Part shown: piece by piece, positions 36,800-47,266 of the stretch | Numbering within the stretch: position 1 is the first letter of the stretch | How the letters are laid out: every line of letters starts with the position of its first letter | DNA from: Vitrella brassicaformis CCMP3155 | Taxonomy: Eukaryota; Protista; Chromerida | Assembly (NCBI GenBank): GCA_001179505.1 | Contig: CDMY01001028.1 | Coordinates: 62,001-126,000, forward strand | Direction: 5' to 3' | DNA: 64,000 bases | The notes under the pieces: generated by a model | Told to the model about the DNA's origin: nothing | The model's input: only the letters and a program-made list of their open reading frames with translations | The model's database searches: none | Program-made: the position numbers and the translations under genes

Positions 36800-38111
36800 G
36801 AGAGAGATGGGCGATCGACAATGCCGAGAGTGTATGTCTGTGTGTCTGTCTGTGTGTACACAGAGACAGACAGGAAGAGGTTTTGTCGGTCACATGTTGT
36901 CAGTCAGTCAGTCACATGAGCACGCGACATACACACATAGGCAGATGGGTGTGTGGGACATATCGTTTTCTACGTATGGAGTCTCTGTGTCCGTCGGCCT
37001 GTCTGTCTGTCGGGCGATGTGATTGCCTTTGGGAGTGTGACGTGACGGACGTACGTCTTATCTTATGCGGGTGCACATAGACTAGACAGACAGACATGGG
37101 GGGCTCAAGGGGTCTGGCCTCTTTCGCGCAGCGAGTGAGTGGACAGACGGACGGAAGGACGAAGGGAGGGATCGCACATCGACTGACTGATATGCGACAG
37201 CGACAGTGATACTGTGAGTGACACTAATATGCGTGCGATGTGACAATGACTGCGAGAACAGACTTAATTGTGTGTATAGATCGACACACGTACACATCTG
37301 TCTGTCTCTTCTCGTTCGTCTGGTGTCCGCAGTGAGTCAGTGCAAAAACGACTCCCTCCTCCGGTGTCAAGTCAGGAGCCACCCCCAACCTACTCATTAA
37401 CCAGCCACACATCCATGCCATGCGTCAACACACACACACATGACCCACTCAACTCAACTCAACACCAATCGCCATCCACTTCACTCCATCTAGCTTGGTG
37501 CCCGCAGCTCGCTTGAAAGACTTCGCAAATCCACCAGACGACCAGACGGCCAGCCCGCCACACACACACACACACACTCTCACGAATGCAGCGCACCCCC
37601 GCAGCTTGCCAGCTCACTCACCGGCCACGAACGAAAATTGCAGTGGAGCCTCTCTCTCGCGGAGGATGGTATCTGTGTCTTGTGGGATCTCACCTCGCAC
37701 GACAGATGCAATGCAAGCCAAGCACCCGTGGTCGGCCAGGCAGCCGGCCCGCCCCTCACGCACACCAAACGACGCAGGGAGGTCTGCACGGAGGTGTGCA
37801 TGTGGGGGAGGCCACCGAGCTGACACACGGGCACTCAAGTCACTCTCAACCACAGAGAGACGACCGGAGTCGAACCATGTAGGCACGCGTGTACGGATGC
37901 GTGTGTGTGTGTGAGTGTGTGTTGGCAGCCGCAAGGGGATGGGTCGCTGATGGGAGGGGAAGGGGGCAAGTGGTGGTGCTCGACTTCTAGGCAGCTAGCT
38001 AGGTCGCTTCAACAAATGGACCTGCAGGAACGGCATACACAGGTGTATGCCAACCAACATGCTCTCTCTGTGTTGTCTCCATCCGTCCGCCCATCCATGC
38101 GCACCTGTCTG

Positions 38112-40012
38112 TCATTGGTCGTCGATGGTGATGGTGGTGCCCGAGCCACTGATGTCGGTGTCTCTGTTGTACCACAGCGCGGCGTCGCTGATGGCGCTTA
38201 CCCGGCCCTTGACGCCGGTCATGAACGCTATCACCTCACGCGCCTCGCGCGTCCTGAAACTCGACAGGTACGGGTGCGACGACGGCGGGATGTCGGGCAC
38301 CTCGTTGCTGGCGAGGCAGACACGACACACACCATTCAGATGGATGGATGGTCGTAGGTAGGGTGGTGTCAGTGGCTTGTTTGCCTACAGGGGGAGTTCC
38401 GGCTCGTCGACTTTCTGTTGTGGCTCGGCTTTCCACTTGTCGACGTCAGTCGTCTCCAACACATACCTGCACACATCCATCCATCCATCCAGCCATCCAC
38501 GATGCGTCCATCTTTCCATTCCACCCCCTCCCTCCCCACACATACACGTCTAGTGAGGTGAACATGCCGTTGTCCTTGACGAGCGAACCCGTGATCCACA
38601 CCGCCGGCTCGTCTGGCCGATCCCCGCCCTCCCCCTCCCCCTCACCCGCCCCCTGGCTCTCCTCGCCATCCGCCTTGCGCTTCCGCGACTGCCGCTTGGC
38701 CTCGTTTCTGGGCCATGCTGCCGCGGCGGCCACGCGGGCGTTGGCCTGCCTCTGGAGGTTGCTGAGCTCGTAGCTGACGTTGCCCTCCTCGAGGTGAGTG
38801 GTCTGGAAGGCGGTGCTGTCCAGCCACTTCTGCAGCTCCGAGGGCAGCTCCCGTGTGTTGTGGCAGAAGTCGAGGGCGAACCCGCAACGCTTCACGAAAC
38901 GGCGGTGGATGTCATACCTGTGCGGCGGGGAGGGGGGATGGATGCGCCAAGGCAGGGAGGGACATGTGAATGAGTGATATGGGGCGGTCGGGCACTGTGA
39001 TCTGTGTGCGGTTGGGTGGATTGTGTGTGTTTGCGTACCGTGGGATCATGCCGCAGTTGGCACACCAGTAGTGTGAGCACTGCGATGCCAACCGGGGCTC
39101 GCCGTTGACACACGTGCCGCCACGGTTGATGCACCGATAGCAATCCTGACACACACACACACACACACAAGCACCGTGCCCCGGGATGGTTTTGATGGCG
39201 TGTCTGTGTGTGGCCCACCCACCTACCTTCATGAGCCAGGTACGAAGTGAGGGTTTGATGAATCCACAGATGAGGAAGAACTGGGCGATGACGGTGGGGC
39301 AGTCGAGGCCGTATTGCCGCGCGTCGCCGCCCCTTTTCTTGGCCGCCTTGTTCCACCTCTGCATCTGCTGCCGCATCTTGGCCATGTCGCTGTCCGTCAC
39401 CGTCTTGACGAACACCGGCTGGCCACCCGATGCAGGTGCTGTGGCGGTGGTGTTCTTGGTCTCCATCTCGTCGATGATGCGGGCGCTGCAGAGGAAGGAC
39501 ACCCACGGGTCCCACAGGCCCGGTCGGCCCGCCAGCTTCCGCGCCACATAGACGATGTTGGCGCGCTCCTTCAGATCAAAACGGATGACGCTCGAGCTGC
39601 TCGGGCCTGCACACACATGATGACCACACACGCACACGCGCACATGAGGCCATGGGGCGTGGCGTGCATTGCGGTGCGTACCGTAGTGTTTGTTGATTTG
39701 GTATGAGAGGTACGGCAGCGTCACGAAGTGTGTGGGGAAGTAGTGAGACGCCGCAGCAAGATTGGCACATGACTGGGGGTCCAACGCATCCAACCTGAAG
39801 AGACGCATCACAACACCAGACCACCCACCCACACACACACGACACAGCCACCGACATGTGCACCGCGCCATGATGGCCGTCTCGCCACGTCGCCGGGCCG
39901 GCCGGTCGGTCGGCGTGCTTACAGTTCTATGCGCAGGCAGTCCTCGACCTGTTTGAAGAGTGAGGGCGTGTTGTGCTGCCAGCATGGGTTGCGATGGTTC
40001 TGCCGCGGACAC
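38112..40012 (-). CDS. Hypothetical protein with a Cys/His cluster; the 5' end may extend to an ATG at 40506
   Basis: High-GC3 exons: VIRFDLKERANIVYVARKLAGRPGLWDPW..., DCYRCINRGGTCVNGEPRLASQCSHYWCANCG, RCGFALDFCHNTRELPSELQKWL... and a terminal exon ending ...TTITIDDQ* at 38112. They are separated by (CA)n introns. Confidence 0.6.
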
Positions 40013-40603
40013 GGACAGCTCGGCTCCCGCTGCCTCAGAACAGAATCCATCACGGCCAAGCCGAGGGACTGCTCACACCGTCTGAGACACCCTCTCTAAG
40101 GCGACTTCCGCTACCTGCAGCAGGACAAGACAGCCAGGTGACGGGCTGAAGGCACGATGCGGTGCTCCTGGTGGATCTGCCGTCGTTGCTTCTATTCTCA
40201 CTGGCTGCGTGTGGCCACTTCCCCTTCTCTCGTACCCAGGAGCTGGCAGGAGTGCGTGTACTGACTCCCCGTCGTCGGCAAATTGATCTTCGTAGGCTGC
40301 TCTCGTGTACTCAGAGATGGCAGCCACACACTGTTTCTCACCTTTGTTATCGTCAACCTGCCTTCAGATAGGGTTTGCTTAGGGCGGTACAAGTGTTTTA
40401 CAGTAAAATAGTGCGACACAAACGGGAGAGAAGAGGGACCACAACGCGAGAAGACATCAGCAGCCGCCTTGCAGACCTTCTGGCTGTCGTCTGCCCACCA
40501 GTGCACCTGATCTGGGCCTGATCATCTAGGCGTGACGGCACATCCGAACCAGCCATCGGGAGACCCAAGACTCAGTGAGCCAGGCGCCGAGCCGGACCCC
40601 GGT

Positions 40604-41310
40604 ATGTCCTGCGGGGCAGGATCCTACCCTCAGCTCCATGAGCAGGCCGTTCACGGCATCCAGTCGGCCTCTCCCCCTCCCCCTTACGCGGCCTCCCAGC
40701 CGCAACACACACACGCCCCTCAGCCTCAGTTTGCTGGCCAGTCTGGCACCCCCTTCCCTCCCACATCGGTCCCCGCCATCCCCATGACGGGCATGGCGGT
40801 GCCACTCATCAGCGGCACAACCGTGACGGTGCAGACCACAGCGGCCAACGGTATGCTAATCAACGTGCCTGCCCGCGTGTGCCTGCCTGGACAAGTGCTG
40901 AGCGACCTCCCACCCACACCCATATGGGTGAGGTGAATTGATGACACACACAAACACACACTCAGAGCGAAAGGAGGCTGTGTTGTTATCTGTCTGATGT
41001 GTTTTGTTCGCGTTTGTTCTGTCTGTGTGTGTCGTGACTGACCATCAGGTGTACGATCCGAGCACAGGCAGAGTTATGCAGACACTTACACGAAGGGTTA
41101 GAGAGATGACATACATCAGATGACATCGACAGATGCAGCGCGGCACGTCGTTGTGCTCTGCTCACGTGCCTGCAGGTGATCGGCCTGACGGATGTTCTGC
41201 TGTGCGTGTTCACTGGGATAATATGCTTCCTCTGCTGCCCGTGTGCCCACGACACCGACCACTACACACCTGACGGCAGATACGTCGGCAAGAGCAAAGT
41301 CACCATATGA
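40604..41310 (+). CDS. LITAF/SIMPLE-like small membrane-associated protein (168 aa) with degenerate zinc knuckles
   Basis: Three phase-0 exons: 40604-40927, 41049-41096, 41176-41310. The Pro-rich N-terminus contains PPPPY. The C-terminus reads LPPTPIWVYDPSTGRVMQTLTRRVIGLTDVLLCVFTGIICFLCCPCAHDTDHYTPDGRYVGKSKVTI*. Confidence 0.7.
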
Positions 41311-41849
41311 TGGATGGATGGATGATAGCAGCGGGCGGGGATAGTGGGATGGTGTCAAGTGTGCCTGTAAGAGAAGGCACCGTGCCACCCATCTTTGTTT
41401 ATGAAGATGGCTGCATGAGGCGTCCTGTGGTTGGTAGTGGGCAGGGTGGCTGCTGGTGTGTCTGTGTGTGTGATGTGCGCATTCGTTCAAGTCCCTGGCC
41501 TGGTGGCTTCTCTGTCTCTGTCTGTCTGTGCCCATCGCATGTATCTTTGTCTGCGTCCTCTTGCCTGGTTGTTTGGTCTAAGATTGGACATTGGAGAGCC
41601 GAGTGCGGACAGTACTTGGTTCCTCAATCCCTCAATCTTTTCGCAACACTTGAACAGTTAGAGCAAGAATGATACACGGGCGCAGATCTACGAGGCACGG
41701 AAGATCCGTTCTCGCCCTTCCTCTCACTTCTCCTCTCAGCCTGATCTATATCTCTGACTCGGACGAACGAAAGGCTTCGGCCAGGCAGCCACCTCGACTG
41801 CTCTCCCGACATCTACCTGCCCTCATCGAGTGACTGCTGACGAGCGGAG

Positions 41850-42884
41850 ATGGCGGTGCGTATCTTGTCGACGTTCTTCCCAGATCTCTTCAAATGGACG
41901 GTCAAGCGGATCGGTCTGGACCCACAAGCCGTCGTCGACGACTCGTGCCCACTGCCCGTGCTGCAGCTGGGAGATGGCGCCAAGGTTGACTGGCCTCTGC
42001 TCATGCCTGTCGTCGTTTCCGGTGTGATTATATCACTCTTCCTGGCTTGTGACCTCTTCTCGAAAGGTGAGCGAGTCACAAAGACAGAATGTCCGGAGAG
42101 CCCGTCGGTCCGTCTGTCATGTGTGTGTTGGTTGTGTGTGTGACGTGGCATTGGTCATGGCACCAGGCAGGCAGCTGATGGCCACCAGGCACGGCGACTT
42201 TGTGCACTACTGGGCCACTTCCCACCTCTGCTATGCCGTCATGAATGCGTCGGCCATCTTCGTCCACTGCCTGGACGACACGATCAGCGACTTCTGGGTG
42301 GAGCAGATGACCATTGTAGACGTCACGGCCACAGCCTGCAGCAGCTCCTCCTTCATCTTCGCCTCAATCACATACCGCCGTCGCGCCAATGGCGGTCGGA
42401 AGGGCCCCTACCTGCTGCTGAGGCTGGTGCACCTTGCCCTCTTCGGCGTGTTCATAGCCATCGGCGAATCGCAGCGTCCCTTCACGCGAGAGTTTCTGTG
42501 GATCGGCGTCACATCTGTGTCGGTGATATTCGTCTACACCAGGGACGTCATCTGTGCCCTCTCACCGGTCCTGTCTCACGTGAGCAAGGGGTGCAGGAGG
42601 AAAGGGGCGGGCACGATTACGACGTTTTGTCCTTGGTTTCATGTTTCCTGCAGACGCGGAAGTGGTTGGTGTTGGCTCTGTTGAGCGTGTTCACATTCAG
42701 CAGTTTGATGCTACTGGGGGTGTTTGGGCACCGGTGTGGGATCGTGTCGCAAGCGGCGATGCCTCTGGGCTTCTTCGGCCACAACGTGGGCATGATGTGC
42801 CTATGGTGCTATGCGCGGATGCTCATCGACTACCACGCGGAGGCGCTGCATGGCTGCACACATAAAGGGGCAAAGGGCGGGTAG
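41850..42884 (+). CDS. Polytopic membrane protein, tandem paralog 1 (CREST-like, tentative)
   Basis: Three exons with multiple hydrophobic spans. It is clearly homologous to the gene at 43519-44454, sharing WATSHLCYAVM, DVTATACSSSSF, GGRKGPYLLLRLVHLA, IAIGESQRPF and FFGHNVGMMCLWCYAR. Confidence 0.8.
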
Positions 42885-43281
42885 GCACTAGCTAGCTGTG
42901 ACATAGGGAGAGAGGCAGTAGTCAATCTACCCACTGTATGCGTGACTACACAGATTGGTCTGTATGCGTGCCCTCACAGTGCAGCGCGTGGTGTGTACAC
43001 ATATATTAATTATTGACAGAGCGGACGATCCATCAGTGTGATCCACATGACATGACATGACGTGTGTATGCCGTCGCTCTACTTACTCAAACATGCGCTT
43101 GTCAGTCAGTGCTGACGAGCAATCAGAGACTATGCAGGAGGGGCGTGTTTTTCGATGTGAGAGAGCTGATTTGTTCATAGCACGGGTGAGGGGCATGGAT
43201 GCACACATAGAGGGGCAAAGGGGGTAGGCACTAGCTACCTGAGAAATAGGGAGAGAGGGAGTAGTAGTCAAATGTACCCAC
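42850..43281 (+). repeat. ~80-bp imperfect direct repeat (42850-42934 and ~43195-43281)
   Basis: gcatgg.tgcacacata.aggggcaaaggg..gtaggcactagcta.ctg..a.atagggagagagg..gtagtcaa occurs twice. The first copy includes the last codons and stop of paralog 1. Confidence 0.85.
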
Positions 43282-43518
43282 CCCGGAGCACGGAGCACTT
43301 GGTGCTTGGTCCTCACTTGACCTTGGTTTGCATGCATGCACTTCAAGTGATGATTCGATATGCCTCTCGGCAAGGCGCGGACGACGTGCGAACTCTTCAC
43401 GGAGAAACGCGGACAATGAGTTCGATCGCATCGAAATGACCCAAAGCTCGCCCAAGGAGCTTCGATGAGGAGCTTTCAGGAGCTTTCCGCCTCTTCACAC
43501 ATCGACTGCAGGAATGAA

Positions 43519-44454
43519 ATGGCGATGCGGATCTTCTCACTATTCTTCCCAGACGGCGTCGCGTGGGTGGTGGAGCGACGGCTCGGGCTGAAGGTGGAGG
43601 CGGTCGTAGGCGCCTCCTGCTCCGTGCCCGTGCTGCGTTTGGACAATGGCGTGAGGATTGAGTGGCCCCTGCTGCTGCCCGTTGTCTTGTCGGGTGTCGT
43701 GGTGCCGCTCTGTTGTGCGTCGGATCTCTTCTCGACAGGTGAGGCGAGTCACAGAGGCTGGAGGAGGTGTTGTGGTCTCAGGTGTGTGTTTGTGTGGCAG
43801 GGAGGAGCCTTGACTGTATCTATTACTGGGCCATCTCCCACCTGTGCTACGCCGTCATGTGCGTCGCTTCTCTCTTTGCCCACTGCCTGCCCCACACGAT
43901 GAGCCCTTTTTGGCTGAAGCAGATGATGATTCTCGATGTCACGGCGACAGCCTGCAGCAGCTCCTCCTTTGTCTTCGCCTCACTCACATACACACCAAGA
44001 GGCAATGGCGGCCGGAAAGGTCCCTGGCTGCTGCTGAGGCTGGTGCATCTGGCTTTCATCGCCGTGTTGATAGCCATCGGCGAGTCGCAGCGGCCATTTG
44101 CGAACGAGATTTTGTGGCTTGGCGTCACGTCGGTGTCGGTCGTCTGTGTGCTTCTGCGAGACCTCGTGTGCGGCCTGTCACCAGTTCCATCGCACGTAAG
44201 CAGCCTACAATAACAGCAAAGACCTCTGTCCAATGGTGTCTTTTTTGCTGCAGGCGAAGAGGTGGCTGGGAGCCGCTCTGTTGTGTATCGCTGTACTTGG
44301 ATCTGCTATTTTTCTCGAGTTTGGGTGGTGTGGGATTGTGTCTGCGTCGGCAATCCCTGTGTCTTTCTTTGGTCACAACGTGGGCATGGTGTGCCTGTGG
44401 TGCTATGCACGGGCGCTGGTTGATGATACCGAGCCACGGAAGCAGGCTGTTTAG
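43519..44454 (+). CDS. Polytopic membrane protein, tandem paralog 2 (CREST-like, tentative)
   Basis: Same three-exon layout and motifs as 41850-42884: WAISHLCYAVM, ASLFAHC, ILDVTATACSSSSF and FFGHNVGMVCLWCYAR. Confidence 0.8.
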
Positions 44455-44845
44455 TGGTGTGTATACTCGTGATGGCGGGACCGTAGGTGTGGTCCGGAGT
44501 CATGCGTCGATGAGTGAGCCATTTGCGGCTGGCAGCGCGTTCAGTAGCGCAGCTCTGTGGTTGTGTGTACGTCTTTTTCCGTGTGTGAGAGCTCATTTGC
44601 TCAGTGTCCTGTGTGTATATACAGTGCAACAATACAGGGGGCACTGGTGGGGTGGGTTGGACGAAACGATGAACTGCCCAATGAATGCATCGGGTCAATC
44701 AATTGCACCGGTCTCAGTCGGTCGAATAGAGGTCAAGGCACGTCAATCCGATGCACACACGCACTCACTGAGTACGAGACAAACAAAGCAGTCCGTCAAG
44801 TCAGATCACATCGCATAGTGTCAGCCAGGCCAGCTTGTCGGTGCG

Positions 44846-45029
44846 TCAGTATTCAGCATCGTTTGCCCCCTCGTCTCGGTCCATGTCATCCTGATCGTCT
44901 TGGCCATCCTCCACGTCCCCATGGATGTCCCGCTGGTAGTCCTGGTCGCCGTACCCCGCCTCCTCCTCGGCTACATACCGAGACGGTGACATGTCCTCAT
45001 CTGAAGCAATACACGCACACACACATACA

Positions 45030-45060
<31 letters not shown>

Positions 45061-45776
45061 GTGTTCGATGTCAACATTTTCCCGTGCTGCCATGTCGTGT
45101 CAGTGACTGACTGACTGACTGACCGTCTCTGAGTTCGCCCTCTGCCGGCTCTCCCTCCTTGGAAGCGCTGCCCCTCCTGCTGCCCGCCTGGTCGAGCTGT
45201 TCCTCCGCAATCTTCCTCTGGAGATCCATCTGCCGCTTCCGCCGCATCGCCTCTCGCCGCCTCGCCGGCGGCACATAGTGCCGCGTCAGACACTCCTCTG
45301 GGAAATACTCCCTGCCAACTGCACTCACGAGCTGCTCCATGACGCTGTCTGCGCTGCTGGCCTGAGGGGCGAATCGGTTTGAGTAGGTCTGGATCTCTGG
45401 CTTGGGCTGCTTGTGCTTGAGGTGGTAGCACGGGGCGTTCATGTAGAAGTTGACGAGTGAGCGGTTGAGCTCGATGAGGCGCTTGTCCTCATCGGTGAGG
45501 CTCGAGGCGGACAGAGGCGCGGGCAGACGGGGGTTGTCGGGATACACAGCAGGCTCCTCGCATATCGGACCTGTGGCAGGCACCACACAGAATGCAAGCG
45601 TCCACATGAGCCACACAAGTGAAACAATGAATCAATGCCGTGTTGCTATGTGCACCTCTCTTTTCCTTGCCGAGTTCCCATGCCAGCTGTTGCGCTGGTG
45701 TGATGGGACCGCCTCTGCCTCGCCCTCTTCCTCGAGCACCGCCGCCGCCGCCGCCGCCACGCCCACCTCTATTCAT
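44846..45776 (-). CDS. POLR3G: RNA polymerase III subunit RPC31/RPC7
   Basis: RGG-rich start MNRGGRGGGGGGARGRGRGRGG, then EPAVYPDNPRLP, NAPCYHL, IQTYSNRF and EYFPEE, ending in an acidic tail with DQDY...DDQDDMDRDEGANDAEY*. This is the RPC31 family layout. There are three exons. Confidence 0.75.
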
Positions 45777-45993
45777 GCCGGCGACAAGTGACACCACACC
45801 ACTGATTCACCTGCCGACTGCTTCACGCGTTCTGCCGATTGATCCGCAGGTGGGGGTGAGGTTGCTTCCTCGCGAATGAACGCTACTTCACAAAAGCTCG
45901 CATTCCCTCCGTGAAACCGTTCTCTTTGTGTGAGCCGAGAGAGGCGGCGAGGTTGGGTCCTGATTTGCTGGCAGTGCTTGCCTTGTGTGTGAC

Positions 45994-46449
45994 ATGATGT
46001 CAGAAAGATCTTTCTTTGCTTTGCTTCAGGAGCTCTCCGCCGACAGCCCGACGGCAGACAGCAACAGCCCCGACCACAGAGGAGATGCCAGCCAGCAGGA
46101 GCAACCGAGGCAGCAGCACGTGTATATGAGTGACAGACCGACAGAGGAGGGATCTGCTGGGAGTGGGAGGCCTGGCGATGAGTCGTACGGGAGCGGCCCT
46201 GGTGACCGCACAGGGAGTGCATCGTCTGCCCTGGTGACCGAGCTGCGGCAAGAGATGCAGCAGGAAATGCAGCGCCAGATGGAGGAGCGTACCGACTGCC
46301 AAATCTGCCAGGAGAGGGAGAGGTCGGTGGTGCTGCAGCCGTGTGGCCACTTCTGCATCTGCCAGCAATGTGCGCAGAATCTGCAGCCGCCCGAGTGCCC
46401 CCTGTGTCGGCAGGCCTTCACCGACTGGACCAACGCCATATTCTCGTGA
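45994..46449 (+). CDS. C-terminal C3HC4 RING (IAP/MDM2-type) protein
   Basis: CQICQERERSVVLQPCGHFCICQQCAQNLQPPECPLCR followed by a short tail to the stop, and preceded by a Gln-rich helix. The true start is uncertain, with a possible upstream exon near 45866. Confidence 0.8.
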   Translation: MMSERSFFALLQELSADSPTADSNSPDHRGDASQQEQPRQQHVYMSDRPTEEGSAGSGRPGDESYGSGPGDRTGSASSALVTELRQEMQQEMQRQMEERTDCQICQERERSVVLQPCGHFCICQQCAQNLQPPECPLCRQAFTDWTNAIFS

Positions 46450-47266
46450 TAACAGATCGACCCACTGTGGGTGTGTGGAGGGGGGGTGCTGGTGCTGGGG
46501 CTGTGAGGCGTCGGAATACGTGTGTCAGCGGCCGGCAGGATATCATGGCAGAGAGACAGGAGGGGGAGGGATGGGGCCAGTGATGGATTTAAGAGTTTTG
46601 TTGCTCTCGGTTCGTGTCCTGCAGAGGCGGCCTTTATGGCTCTTTGACCCCTCACTGCTGTGTGTCCATGTGATTCAGAGGCAGCCTTGATGGCTTTTAT
46701 TTGAGCACACATTCATCGCATTGCATCACACTGCATGTATGGATGCCATTGTATCTTTTCTGTATACCGATCAGCTGTGTACGTGCATGGTTGACGTATC
46801 GATGTGTACGATGATGGATGGATGGATGGATGCGTATACGTCTCTCTCCCTCAGTGTCTGCATTCATCCACGTCATGTGTGGCTGTTGCTCGATGAGAGT
46901 CTGACTGCCTGCCTGTCTGTCTGTCTGCCGAGCCCCTCCCTCTCTATCAGATCTCTCTCTGTACATACATAAGAACGGGCGTCACTGACTTACGTTCCGT
47001 GAACATCTATCGGAGCAATGTGACTGACTGACGTGAACATCTATCGGGGCAAAGCAGCGGCATCCGCACACTGTGGCAGACGCATGTGTTGAATGTCGTT
47101 CCAACGCATCGCTCCCCGAGAGAGCGGTTTCACGAAATGTCCTAAGCATTCAATCACTCCGGAATGCGAGCTACGACCCAGCGCGAGCTTGTAGCGCTAC
47201 AAAGCGAATGAGGCAGGAAAGAAGCAACGCCCCAGCACGTCGCCCGGGAACGCCTTGCCGACCACA

